Assembly (NCBI GenBank): GCA_965112735.1
Contig: OZ218952.1
Location: 4,588,001 to 4,652,000, forward strand
Direction: 5' to 3'
DNA length: 64,000 nt
DNA from: Phaeosaccion multiseriatum
Lineage: Eukaryota; Protista; Ochrophyta, other classes
Shown piece by piece: positions 1-12,290 of this stretch (the stretch's first letter is position 1; each line of letters starts with the position of its first letter). The notes below the pieces were generated by a model. It was not told the DNA's origin. It saw nothing but the letters and a program-made list of their open reading frames with translations, and searched no databases. The translations under genes were made by a program, and so were the position numbers.

Positions 1-543
1 ATGGAGCCGCTCGTGCCCAACTTGGCGCCTCAGCTGCGCAATATGCTCATGTGGACTATGCAGATGGACGGCTTGACCTTCGATATGCCCAAGAGGAAGA
101 GGCCGAGGGGGGGCAGTCCAAGGGGAGAGGAAGAGGAGGAGGAGGAAGAGAAGCAGCAGCGACGACAAGGGGGAGACGAGGAGGAGGGGGGGGAGGAGGG
201 GAGGGGAGGAAGAGCCAGCCGGGGCGATTGGCGGGACGACCAGCAGCGACTTGAGGGGGAGGGGGAGCAGCACTGGAACCTTGAGGACGACATGTACCCG
301 GCAGGCGAGGACGTGCTCCTGCCTGAGGAGGAGGAGCAGGAGGAGGTGGAGGAGGCGCGGAACGGGGGCAGGGGCAAGGACGAGGACGAGCGGGAGGAGC
401 CCCAGTTGCCGGAGGAGGAGGGTGAGGAGGAGGAGCGACGCAGCGAGGAGGGCGGGAGGGACTGGGAGCTCAACCCGCCCACAGAGGGTATGGCCTTTGA
501 TGACACCTTCGACCACCAGCCGGACGAGGAGCAGTACCACCAC

Positions 544-587
<44 letters not shown>

Positions 588-963
588 CGACGGGGAGGAC
601 GTGCCGCCCCATGTGGCCCTGGACCTGTCCATGTCTGCTGTGGAGGGCATGACTGCAGAGGTTGAGTTTGGGGCCGATCGGGTGGGGCAGGAGGGCGGGG
701 AGGGGGGTACGACGAGCTTGGTGAAGGAGGAGTGGAACAAGCAGACGGTCAAGGTGCTACAGTTGGTGCAGGAGAAGCTCAAGGAGAAGGAGGAGGTGAG
801 CCTCTTGCACATGACCAAGGGCTCCAATCGCCGCACCGCCGCAGCTTGCTTCTTTCAGCTGCTGCAGCTCAAGACCAAGGACTTTGTGGAGCTGCGGCAG
901 GCGGGGCCTTTTAAGGACATTAGTATCCTGCCCGCGGTACGTCTTCAGGAGAATGTACAGTAG
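1..963 (+). CDS. RAD21: Rad21/Rec8 family cohesin alpha-kleisin, C-terminal part (gene starts upstream of the window)
   Basis: An acidic low-complexity linker is followed by the Rad21/Rec8 C-terminal winged-helix signature 'WNKQTVKVLQLV...VSLLHMTKGSNRRTAAACFFQLLQLKTKDFVELRQAGPFKDISI'. Rad21 and Rec8 cannot be told apart from this fragment. Confidence 0.8.
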
Positions 964-1236
964 AGAGGATGTGAAGAAGAAGCTATACCGACCACTCACA
1001 TCCTTGTCTCGACTGGGGCTCGGTTTGAGTTGAGCAGGAGGGAGATCGATCATCTCCTGAAGCACCAGCGCTCCTGAGATCCACGATGGCACAGCGAGAG
1101 CACTCTTGGGCGTACGTATGTGTTTGACCCAGCTGTGATGAAATTGAAGCACCAACGTCACCACCACAGTGGGGCAGAATATAGGTCCTAATTTCATCAT
1201 CTCTTTTTTCCTCCCCTTCTCTCACTGCACAACTCA

Positions 1237-2778
1237 ATGCGATCACAAAGAGGGCTTGCTACTGCTGCTGCTGCTGCTGCGGGTCTCAGTGTCGTCAAGA
1301 TCTCGGCGCTGCTGGTGGGTACTGGGAGTTTCCCAGTTGTCGGCGGCACATCCACCCCGCCCCCTGTGAGCAGCAGCCAACACAAGCCGCACCACACCGC
1401 CAGCAGCGCCATCAGTAGCGGTACTACAACATCAAGCCGAAGAAGGCGGCGTCGTGCCCTCGGCCAGTCCGCTGTAGACGGAGAAGGAGAGGTATCCGAA
1501 ATGCCGGACATGGAAGAGGACCGTCAAGGAGGAGAAGGGGATGATGCATTACCGAGACCGAAGGCTGCGGCCATCAAGTGGATGAGTTTTGACTTGGACG
1601 ACACTGTTTGGTCGACGATGGCAGTCATCAATCAGGCCAACGCGGCCTTGGATGATCATTTGCAGGTAGCACACCCAGAAGTCCACGCAAATGCCGACAT
1701 TGGGAAGCTAATGAAGGAGGTGAGATGGAGGGGCCCAGTCTATCTGATCTAAGTGGGCCTTGCCTGTGGCACAGTTTAATGGTGGGTCTTCTGCAGCTGG
1801 GTGGGCACTGCTTCACAGCACGCTCCCCGAAGCATTTGCACCTCACCTTCTGCCCCTCTGCTGCTTGCGGGTGGTGTGGTATCTCCTCGGCCCTCTCTAC
1901 GCCTCCCCTCCCCCGTCCCTCCTCTCTCCTCCTCCGTGATACGTATCTCCCTCAGGTGCATGCTGAGCAGCGGGCTAGCAACCCAGAGCTAGGACCCGCA
2001 CCGCTGAACCTCACTGCCTTGCGAAGGGGAGCACTCGCCAAGGCTGCGGAGAGCGTGGGCATGTCCGCCGAAGAGAAAGACGCCTTCGTGGACCACAGCT
2101 TCGGCCTATGGATCGAGCAGCGACACAACGTGGAAGCCCACATCTTCGACGGCGTCCTGGACACTCTGGACAGCTTGAAGGCGCGAGGCATTCGGCTCTG
2201 TGCCATCACCAACGGCAATGCCGACACCGAAAGGGTGAGTGAGGTCTTGAGGGTCTTGCTGTCTCGCTGCCTTTCGTTTTGGCTCTTTCCCTCCTCTTTA
2301 CTAACCCCCCTTCCCTCCCACTGACCTTGCTCCACCCCCACCGCCCGCCGTCCGGCTGTCCCTTGTCGCTGGTTGAATGAATCCTTTCCACTGCTACTCC
2401 GGCTGCTTGCCCCCCTCCCACCCGCAGATTCCACGCCTGGCAGACATCTTCGAGTTCTGCATCAACGCCGAGCGCGTGGGTGCGCGTAAGCCCGACCGCC
2501 AACCCTTTTTGGCAGCGCTAGAAAAGGCAGGCTACTCAGATGTGCCCTCTGTGGGCGGGCTCTGGGTGCATGTGGGCGACGACGCCTTCTCGGATTGTAC
2601 GGGAGCCAAGGCCGTGGAGATGAAGACGGTGTTGGTGCAGGTACCGGGAAATGCGATGGTGGAGCACCATCCGGCCACGCGTGAGCATAAAGATGCAATC
2701 GATAGAGAGTGTCGGGCCTTCGCGGACCTGCTCGGAGTGGTGGATGAGTGGGAGGCAGGGACCCACTCGGAGACATGA
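1237..2778 (+). CDS. HAD-superfamily hydrolase (subfamily IA, YigB/NANP-like), 3 exons: 1237-1719, 1956-2234, 2428-2778
   Basis: Motif I 'SFDLDDTVW', motif II 'AITNGN', motif III 'RKPD' and motif IV 'VHVGDDAFSDCTGA' join in frame across GT-AG introns. The N-terminal extension is hydrophobic then Ser/Arg-rich, suggesting organelle targeting. Confidence 0.85.
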
Positions 2779-3295
2779 ATTGACGTAATTACACTAGCGA
2801 GAAGGTCCGAACCCTCTGTGTGAAACTCTCTCTCTCCCTGCACAACGACGCGATTGATGAAACGCTTCGTAATAGACACGTATCAGCGAATATAGAGATC
2901 GATGTACGGTGTCGACATCGATATATCACAACATGAGTTCGGTGAGTGGGTGGGTTGGGTGGGTTGAGTGCGTGGGTGCGAATGTGTGAGGCTCCGTCCA
3001 GACGGGTGCATGCGTGGGATGCTTGGTGGCGTTATTTGGGGAGCGAGAGGAGGAGGAAGCAAGCGGGAAGGGAGGGCGAGGCTTACTCGTCTTCATTCTA
3101 GGAACCACGATATGCGAAGAGCAAAGCACGGGGCCTTTGGAGGCAGGGACTTCACATAACTAACGGTGCCTTTCGAGGCAGGGAATTTATTTAGAAGTAT
3201 GCGTACAATTTTTACCATGCCGCAGCTGCACAGGCAGAGGGCTAAAGAATAATAAAACTACATAAAATACAAATTGAACAGGAACAGGCGGGGGT

Positions 3296-4272
3296 TTATG
3301 CACTCCACCCCTTCTTGCTCGGTGCTCGTCCGCCAATCGTTCTCCCCCCAACCCACGTGTCCCCCCCCGCCACAACCCGGATCCCTCCTACAGTGGTCAC
3401 CCCCTCCTCGCCGCTTTCTTCTTCGCCCGCTTCTGTGATGACAGTTGCCCCTCCCCCCATTCCCGAGAAGGGAAAAGCGACTCTATTTGCCCTCGTCGCC
3501 GACGGTGGCGGTGGCAGCGATATGTCGACATCCGTCAGCGTTGCAGCGTTGGCTTGCTGCCGTCGGATCCTCTCTTGCGCAGCCTCTGCGTCCTCCACTG
3601 CGGCGGTATCGGCCCGAGCTTTCGCGTGTGTCTGCAGGACCAGTGCCTGCAAGTCCTCGGCCTCCTGCTCGTTCCTCGCTCGAGCCTTCTCCTGCGCCAG
3701 TAGCACTCTTGCCTGCAGATCCTCGGCCTCCCGCTCCTCTGTCACCCGAGCCTTCTCCTGTGCCAGGCGCACTCTTGCCTGCAGATCCTCGGCCTCCTGC
3801 CTCACTCTCGCATCGTCCTGAGCCTTCTGCTCCGCCATTAGGACTCTTGCCTTCAAAGCCTTCGCCTCCTGCTTTACTGCATCCTCCTGAGCCTTCTTTT
3901 GCGCCAGTAGGGTTCGTGCCTCCAGAGCCTTTGCCTCCTGCTTCATTCTTGCATCGTCCTGAGCCTTCTTCCTCGCCAGTATCCCTCTTGCCTGCAAAGC
4001 CTTCGCCTCCTGTTGCACCTGTGCATCGTCCCGGGCCTTCCTTTCGGCCGTTAGGGCTCTTACATTGAGCGCCTCAGCCTCCTGTGCCGCCTTCTTCTGT
4101 TGCGCCATCAGGGCTCTTGTCTGCAAAGCGTCGGTCTCCCGCTGCGTTACCGCCTTTGCAGGGGCTTGAGCTTCCTTCTGTGCCTGCTCAACTCCCGCTC
4201 CCAAAGCCACACTCTCCTTCTCCTGCTGCTGCACCAGTGACATGGTCTGAACCGTGCCGCCTTCTGCCCCCT

Positions 4273-4307
<35 letters not shown>

Positions 4308-5776
4308 GCCACTGACATGCTCTGCATCCTATCCTTCTCAGCCTCCTGTCTTCCTCCGACTGGTGCCTCCATTTTCGCCCGCCCCGGCCCCAGCTGAGCC
4401 TGCTTCCGAACCCGGTCCTGGAAGAGGGGCGCCAATGCAGCTCGAAGGGGGCTGTCGGGAAGGGTCACAGCGCCCTTGGCCACTGCCGCGAGGCCCACAA
4501 CAGCCTTGCCGGTGAGGTCCACAGCCGTGGTGGTCACCGTCTTGGCCGAGTCCAGGAAGGCCTCGCGCGCTTCCAGTTGCTGGGCCCTGGCCAGTGCCTC
4601 CATGGCCCTCTTCTCCGCCTCTCTGGCCTGCCTCTCCTTCCACCACTGCCCGCTCGCCACGAAGGCCACCTTGCTTGCAGTCTCCTGCAGGGTAGCCACG
4701 GACTGGACAGCAAAGAGCTTGGACTCTTCCACTTTATTCGCCGTTGCTTGGAAGAGAGTGGTCGCCTCGTTGGTGACCTTGTTGGGCAAGTCGACAATCT
4801 CCTCCGCCGTGTGCTTCAGGCTCTCGGCTGCTTCTGTGACACGCTTGGGCGCATCCCGCACGGCCTGCACCGCCGATTCAACTTTCTCCACAGCGACGTA
4901 CGACGCTGTACCGTGGTACAAGGGGGTGAGGGTTGGATTGGGTTGGGTTGGGGGCAGCGGAGGTTACATGAGAAAGGGAAAAGGAAGAGCTTAGGAACAG
5001 CAATAGCAAGTCATTCACTTCAGAGTTGCAGAAAAGCAACGCCCCTTACCCTGTTGGGCAGCCGCACTGCTATCGGAGATGGCTCTCACGATCTCCCCAG
5101 CAACATCCTGAGGCTTCTTCTTCTCCTCCTCGTCAGCGTACACGTATGTTCCAGAGTACCTTGCTGCTTTCCCTCTCTCCTCGATGCTCTCAAAGAAGTC
5201 ATAGGCCCCATCTTTCAAAGCGACCGCTAACGTGACCATAGAAGGCAGCTGGATGTTGAACCTCCCCAGCAGCGAGGACGACGCGGGGGCTTCATCACAC
5301 TCACACACATACTCGTCGTACAGTTGTTGCTGCTTCTCCGTGGCAGACACGGCAGAGACGGTGTCGTAGAAGCGGTCTTTGAGAGCGGTCCCCACTGAAA
5401 ACAAGCCCTCAATGCCTTTGCCGGCCAGCTGGAAGGCCGTGCCCACTCCAACGACAACTTCTCGGGCAACCTCCGCTCTGTCCAACTCTGGCGTCCCTCT
5501 GAGTTCCAGCCCCTCCTCCTGGTCACGTGAGGATATTTGGAGGCGCGAGCGCACCATCCCAGTGCCCTCCTTCCTCCCAGTGCTGAGGGTCAGTGGCGCC
5601 AGAGACCCGTGGGTCCTCGAGGCGGCCGTGCTGACCCCGACTGCAGGGGGGGGTTGAACTCCGTGTCCCTTTCCCATCGGGACCAGCCCCCCCCCACTGA
5701 GGAAGCCTTCCGTAAGGGGAGTATGGACGCAAGAAATGGCCACAATGGACGTGACCACCCATGCCTGAACCATCAT
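3296..5776 (-). CDS. Uncharacterised protein with putative bipartite plastid signal and alpha-helical/coiled-coil tandem repeats; 2 exons (5776-5050, 4905-3296)
   Basis: ORFs 5015..5776 and 3296..4921 join in frame through a GTAAGG...TACAG intron. The N-terminus 'MMVQAWVVTSIVAISCVHTPLTEG-FL' looks like a signal peptide plus Phe. There are about 7 repeats of 22-24 aa (KAQDDARxxQEAxxLQARxLLA). Confidence 0.65.
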
Positions 5777-6048
5777 GAGGCACGCAAGGCGCCAGAGCGT
5801 TGATTGGCCTGCGAAAGTGATTTGATTTCAAAACAGTTTGAGTTTAGGGGGGGGGGGGGAATCTCCTCTCTCTCTCCTCCTCCTCCCTCTCTCTCTCCAT
5901 ACTCTCTGACTGTCTGCCGAAGCTGGTATGCTGAGCTGCTACTATTCCTAACGCTGGTACTGAGCCCCTCCAGCTAGGGGCCTGCACTGGCCCAGCGAGA
6001 CGGTCAGACGGGGGACGGGGATGGCAGCGGATGGCAGTGGGTGGCAAA

Positions 6049-6545
6049 TCGCCCCCGTGCACGCCTAGCGGCCTAGGCTCTAGGCCGCTAGGCCGCTCGG
6101 CCTTCGGCCGAAATAGGCCTAGGCCGGCGGCCTCCGGCCGCTCTAGGCCGCTCACTTTTCAGCCCTAGGCGGCCTATAGCCCGCCTCTAGGCAGCCTCCC
6201 GTGACCGTGGGCGCGTGCGTGGTGCCGCCCAGCCAGTGGGTAGCAGCACACCTGTAGGCCTGCACTCCTCAGAGGGCCAGCGAGGCGGAAAGAGACAACA
6301 CGAACCAAGTCTAGCTACTCCTCACTTATCCCATGCAATACATTTGCTTAAAACTGACGACACTTGGGCGGGTTCCGGGCCAGCCCAAGGGCATATGAGC
6401 ATATTCCCGCCCTGGACCTGCGCCTAGTTGGCGTCTGCCCTAGGCCGCGGGCCTCCGGCCCCCGCCTAGGCCGCCTAGGAAGGCCCTCGCTAGGCTGGGC
6501 AATTTTCCAAAACAGGCCTAGGCCGCTAGGCGTGCACGGGGGCGA
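6049..6545. mobile_element. MITE / non-autonomous DNA transposon (497 bp)
   Basis: Perfect 30-bp terminal inverted repeats: TCGCCCCCGTGCACGCCTAGCGGCCTAGGC at 6049-6078 and its reverse complement at 6516-6545. A direct duplication GGCAAA flanks the element (6043-6048 and 6546-6551). Subterminal regions are rich in CCTAGG/GGCC palindromes. No coding capacity. Confidence 0.85.
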
Positions 6546-7176
6546 GGCAAAGATCCTTCCTTTCTGCTGTTTGCCCTTTTTGCCACTGTACACTGTCCTT
6601 GTCCTGCGCCAACAGCGGACCGGACCCTGCCCTGCCACATTTCTCGCACCCCCAGTATAAGTGCGTCTTTTATCTCTCGCACTCTCTCGCACTCTTCTCT
6701 CTCTCTCTCAGTGGTGGTGCTGCACTTAGAGCTTCGGTCTCCTTGCCTTGCAATCAATGCAGGAGCGGCAGGCCTCCCTCCCTCCGCTTCACTCCTCTGC
6801 TCTCTCTCCCGTCGGTGGTCGGTCATGGTCCTGCTCCGCACAGCACAGGACAGCTCATTAGGCCCTCTTCTCCTCGCCACCCGTTGTGCTACGCCCCGGA
6901 CTTTGACGAGGGACGCGACGAAAGGCGATTGATTTCCGAGCACCGGTGTGTCTAATGAAGGAAGGAAGGAGGGGCCACGGCACGATGGATGCCGAGGGAG
7001 CTGCTGCTATTGTACACACACCCATATGCACGCACGCACGCACGCACACGCACACGCACACGCACACGCACACGCATTCACAACCCACGCAAGTTTCTGG
7101 CCGATGAATGCGTGTGGGTGCTGGAAGAGTACGAAGACTGGGCCTCTTGTCGCTGATTCATGCTGATACTGTGCTG

Positions 7177-8928
7177 CTAGTGCTGCTGCTGATGATGTTC
7201 TTCTGCCTGCTTCTCCTCCGACTCCTTTGCCACTATGAGCGGAGTGGCGTTCGCGTTGGCGTTGGCGCTGTATCGAGGCTCCTCATTCGCATTCCTACCC
7301 GCCCTGCCAGGGGCATTCGCCAAAGACGGGTGGTGCAGGCAAACCTCCTTGGCCCCAAACAGGGCGTGATCCACGGCCTCCACGCCCAGCATCACCGAGT
7401 GGTCTTGATTGCCCACCTCATACTTGTACGAGCCAAACCGACCCCTGGACAGCAGGCCGCCCTGCTCCTCCAGCAGGGGGAGGGCCTCGTCCAGAACGCG
7501 GTCTCGCCCCAGAGAAGGGGTGGGGTAGCCATGCTCCATGCGGTGCTGGAAAATGGACACAATCTCGTCCTCCGGCTGCACCATACCCGTGTTGACAGCC
7601 CCCTGAATCGTCTCGGCGACAATGGTCGCGGCATTCACTGGCTTAAAGTGTTTGCTCTCCGAAATCTCAAAGAGGAGGGACCAGTACGGCCCCTTGTTGC
7701 GCGCATCACCACCACTCGCGTCATTGCCGTCGCCAGGAACGGAACCATCACACAGCTGGAGGGTGGGGAGTGACACATCGGCAGAGGGACAGTTCGCCTC
7801 AGCATAGCGCGAAAAGACGGTGCAGCGGTAGAAGGGGCAGTCGTCCTCCGGAAAGTAGAGCCAGCACTTTGTCCCATGCGGACTCACGCCTCGGAGGCCA
7901 ATGCCCACAATGTGCGTGCTCGAGTACGTGAGCCCGTCGGCCAGGGCAGGGCCCCGACTCAGCTGAGGCCCACACATGCGCAGGGTGAGGTCGAGAGGGA
8001 CCGTAGAGATGCAGGAGTCCTTGTACTCTATGGTGGATCCATCGCTCAGCTGCACCTTCTTGCCAGGCAGATCGAAGCCCACCACTCGTGTGTTATACCT
8101 TTGCTTTTCCGCAGGGAGGAGCGCCGCCACCTTCTTCCAAATGGCCCCCGTCCCTCCGTGGGCTGGGAAGCGGAAGGTCGCGTTCGGTCCCCAACCCGTA
8201 CCTGTATCTGCACCTGCACCCGCACCCGCATTCTCCCCTCCCTCCTTTCTCTTCTCCTCCTCCAACAAACAGTTTGCGATGGCCTTGTCTACATCAACGG
8301 TGGCGACTCGCTCTCCCAGCCAGGAGCACTGCATGTAGGAGGTCGGGACCGCCCACACCTTGAAGTTGTACGGACGCATGAACAGGTCGGCAATACCCCG
8401 CCCCATACCGTGAAGGATCCACTCATCGAAGGTGGTCGGAGGCTTAGGAGCTTCCTCCTCCTCCTCCTCCTCCTCCTCCTCCCGTCTTCTCCTGGAGGCC
8501 GCGGCTGCTTTGACCGCGAGCAAGCCCGAGAGGCACTCCATCCGGTCCTCTTTGCCCGCTAACTGCGCAATATTGTTCTGAAAGGGGTAGGACACCCAGC
8601 GCCCCCTGATCCACACGTAAGACACGCGTTCGTGCTCGCACCAGTGCTCCGGTCCGGTGCCCACCGCCGCTTCAATGAGATCGTCAAAGAAGGGGAAATG
8701 CGAGAAGATGACGTGCCCACCCATGTCGAAAAGGAAGCCCTCATGGGTCACCTGTGTACAGGCCAGCCCGCCGGCCTCGCAGCTCGCATCGAGCAGCACC
8801 CAGTCCTCCACGCCCACCTGCTCGAGCCGGGCAGCCGCGCCGAGGCCCGTCGGTCCAGCTCCTATAATCAGCACGCCAACCCGCTTGCTCGGCGCCGGGG
8901 GGTCATCAGCGTATGCTGCAGCAACCAT
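7177..8928 (-). CDS. GLF: UDP-galactopyranose mutase, eukaryotic type (FAD-dependent; galactofuranose biosynthesis), single exon
   Basis: FAD-binding 'IIGAGPTGLGAA', His-loop 'FDMGGHVIFSH', 'YPFQNNI', 'FMRPYNFKVWA', 'WLGERV', 'WGPNATFRFP', 'WLYFPEDDCPFYR', 'HGYPTP' and 'RGRFGSYKYEVGNQDHS' are all hallmark motifs of fungal/trypanosomatid UGMs. Confidence 0.92.
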   Translation of the reverse strand: MVAAAYADDPPAPSKRVGVLIIGAGPTGLGAAARLEQVGVEDWVLLDASCEAGGLACTQVTHEGFLFDMGGHVIFSHFPFFDDLIEAAVGTGPEHWCEHERVSYVWIRGRWVSYPFQNNIAQLAGKEDRMECLSGLLAVKAAAASRRRREEEEEEEEEEAPKPPTTFDEWILHGMGRGIADLFMRPYNFKVWAVPTSYMQCSWLGERVATVDVDKAIANCLLEEEKRKEGGENAGAGAGADTGTGWGPNATFRFPAHGGTGAIWKKVAALLPAEKQRYNTRVVGFDLPGKKVQLSDGSTIEYKDSCISTVPLDLTLRMCGPQLSRGPALADGLTYSSTHIVGIGLRGVSPHGTKCWLYFPEDDCPFYRCTVFSRYAEANCPSADVSLPTLQLCDGSVPGDGNDASGGDARNKGPYWSLLFEISESKHFKPVNAATIVAETIQGAVNTGMVQPEDEIVSIFQHRMEHGYPTPSLGRDRVLDEALPLLEEQGGLLSRGRFGSYKYEVGNQDHSVMLGVEAVDHALFGAKEVCLHHPSLANAPGRAGRNANEEPRYSANANANATPLIVAKESEEKQAEEHHQQQH

Positions 8929-9450
8929 CGTAGCCCACCAGACCTACGTGGGTGCAGCAGCAGCCAGCGCAGCCATCTATCAAGACGAAGATCGGGTTGC
9001 CAGAAAATGGCGGGTAAGTAAAGTTTGCATTTCCTGGCCGCGAGTTTGAGTTTAATTTACCGACTCTTACGATTGTATGACGAGGGTCCTTCACATCCCC
9101 GGCTGCCCCACCTTCTCTTGTGTTTTCAGGCCCTTCGGCCGCGCCACAGGTAGGTCTCCGTTGTCATGATTGGTCCACTCCTAGTGCTCTGCGTGGCTTT
9201 TTCGGGGGTCTGAGTCGGCTTATACGGAGCAGGACGCTCAGGGCCCTGGCTCCTTTCTTTTCAGCCGCACCCCAGCGGACGTTCGGTGGTGACAGGGAGC
9301 TCTTCTCACGTGTCTCTGGCCCTATCTCTTGTTCCTCCTGTCATTCCCCTCGGTGGTGTTCCTGTCTGACAGTTTTCTGCGTCGCTGCGGCTGCACTACG
9401 CGGGCATTAGCAGCCGTGGAAGAGGATTGATTTGACTCACTCGAGCTACC

Positions 9451-12249
9451 ATGTTTCGTCTCATGCGGACGGGGTCCGTGGGGGGCAGCGCCAGCCGCGT
9501 CCTTCGGTCCTCGAGCGGCAAGGGCGCCGTCGCGCGGAGAGTGGAGAGTAGCAACAAGGTACGACGGTCATCGCCCATCGCCATGACTCCTCGTGTCTTT
9601 TCCCTTCCCCCCCGTCCAGCTACTCACACACCACTCCAGCAATACCCATTCACCCACCACTCCAGCAATACCTATTCACCCACCACTCCAGCCGTGTCTA
9701 CTTACTCTACCATCTGGCACCTCGCACTTTAATTGATGATCTGATGGGCGGTGGGCGGGGCCACGTTCTGACTCGTTTCGTGTTGTACTTTCGTTGAAGC
9801 TTGTGGACGCTTGTTCCGCATGGCATTCGCGCCCACTCACGCAGTCACTTACGCACTCACTTACTCTCTCATTCAATGTTTCATTCAGCCCCTCTCTCTC
9901 ACTCACTCACTCACCCCCTCCTTCACTCACTCACTTACCCCCCCTTCCCTCACTCACTCACCCTCCCCCACTCACTCACTCCCTCCCTCCCTCCCTCCCT
10001 CCAGACGGCAGCAGTAGCACTGCGGCCCCAAACTCGGGCGGTGCAGAAGTACCCGGAGGGGCGAATGGGCCTTTACGACCCCTCTATGGAGAAGGACTCA
10101 TGCGGGGTAGGGCTCACGGTGCAGCTGGAGAGCAAGGCGTCGCGGTCCATTGTGGTGGACGCCAATGAGATGCTGGTGCGCATGACCCACCGAGGGGCGT
10201 GTGGGTGCGAGGAGAACACGGGGGACGGGGCAGGTATGCTCGTCGCCATCCCTGACGGGTTCATGCGGAAGGTGAGCGGTTGGTGATACAGCAGCAGCAG
10301 CAACAGCAGTTGAGCAACAGTTGAGCAGCAAGGAGAGAGAGAACACTCATACCCCCACATCCAACCAACCCACCCGCCTCACCCCCCACACCCAACCCAC
10401 CAACCCCCCCTTCCCTCGTCTCCCCCGTCACCCACCCACCCACCTTCCCCCCACTCCCCAGGTGGCGGCGGAGGCAGGGATTCCCGAGCTGCCACCCAAG
10501 GGCATGTACGCTGTAGGAAACGTGTTCACCCCACAGCGAGACGAGGCCATGCCCGAGGCCAAGGCCATCATCGAGCGGGTAGCCAAGCAGAGAGGCATGG
10601 AGGTGCTGGGCTGGAGGAAGGTGCCCTTCGATAACAGCATGATCGGGGACACGGCCAAGTCCACCGAGCCCTTCATTGAGCAGGTGTGTGTGTGTGTGTG
10701 TGTATGTGCATTCGAGTAGGTGGGTACGGGGCAGCACAAATTTCCCCCTTTCGTTTTTTTTTTTTTTTAACGTTCAGTCATTCCTTCAATTTTCTTTTTC
10801 TTTTTCTCCTCCATACCTTTTCTCTCTATTTACCCCCCCATCTCTACCCCACGTACCTACCTGTCCACGTACCTACCTACCTATCCATCCACGTACCTAC
10901 CTACCTACCTACCCACGTACCTCCCTACCTACCTATCCACGTACCTCCCTACCTACCTATCCACGTACCTACCTACCTATCCACGTACCTCCCTACCTAC
11001 CTACCTATCCACGTACCTCCCTACCTACCTACCTACCTACCTATCCACGTACCTATGTCTCCCCAGGTGTTCATCGCCAACTCCTCAAACTGGCCCAATA
11101 AGGACTTCGAGAGAGAGCTCTTCCGCATGCGTAAGGTGCGTAACTACGCACGCGCAAAACGCACACGCACACACACCCAGAGACACACACACATATATAC
11201 ACCAGAGGGACATCATCGATGGAGGGGAGGGGGCACACACACACACTCATCACTCCACGCACTCACACCAGAGGGGACTCGGATGGGGAGGGGGCGGCGG
11301 GGGACAGGCCCTGCTGGAAAGGCCTTGCTTGGGTGGTTGGATGGCTTGGGTGGGTGGTGCAAGAGGGAAGTGTGCTCCGCTGTCTTGCTGCTGCTGCTGT
11401 GGTGCTCTTGCCGACGGACCGACGCGTGCACGTAGAGACAGAGAGGCAGGGGAGGCACAAGTTAGTGATCTCCCTCCCTCTCTGTCTTTCCCTGAGGGTG
11501 GAAGGCGCAGGGCTGGGTGTCGCTCTTCTCGCAATGTGTGTCACACATACTCTATTGCTGGGGCCCTTTCCTTCAACAAAGCAAAGCTGTGCACACGGCC
11601 TCACCTGTCTTCTCTTTTCCTTTCTCTCTCCATCTCCTAACTCCTCTTGTTTTCTTGTGCCGTTCTCACTCCATCTCCCTCCTCCGCCCCTCCTCCCCTC
11701 CACGACCCTGTCAGGTGGCCACTCGTGAAGCCGACGACGTCCCCTGCCTCAATGTGTCGGACACGTCTTCCTTCTATGTGTGCTCCCTCTCCTCCCAGAC
11801 CATCACCTACAAGGGGCAGCTGTCCCCTGAGCAGGTCATGCCCTACTTTGTTGACTTACAGCAAGAGGCCTTCACCTCGCACATGGCGCTGGTGCACTCG
11901 CGCTTCTCCACCAACACTTTCCCCAGGTGCGGTGTGACTTTTGAATCACTGACTCAGTCACTCCCTGTCCGGACACTCACTACTCACTGTCCTGACACTC
12001 ACGACTCACTGTCCTGACACTCACTCACTCCCTCACTGTGACCCGACCCACTCCCCTCTCCAGCTGGAACCGCGCACAGCCCAACCGCATGATGTGCCAC
12101 AACGGAGAGATCAACACGCTGAGGGGCAACAAGAACTGGATGCACGGCAGGAGCGGGCTGCTCCACTCGCCCTACTTCGGTACGATGCGTCAATGAAGGG
12201 AGGGGAGGAAAGGGGAGTGTGGCGAGACGCTCGTACGTGCGTGGGTGCA

Positions 12250-12290
<41 letters not shown>

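Noticed and set aside
30-836. Long antisense ORFs here and opposite other genes (e.g. 44337-45329, 49669-50139)
   Set aside because: Shadow ORFs caused by high GC and codon bias. The sense-strand products match known families.
1237-2778. HAD gene as the split-off HAD domain of the SOQ1-like protein
   Set aside because: It lies more than 20 kb away and its motifs (FDLDDT, TNGN, HVGD) fit the YigB/NANP type rather than the CbbY-like HAD of SOQ1.
2895-2925. ATCGATGT...ACATCGAT inverted repeat as a terminator or ncRNA
   Set aside because: Only an 8-bp stem in a eukaryotic 3' region, with no other support.
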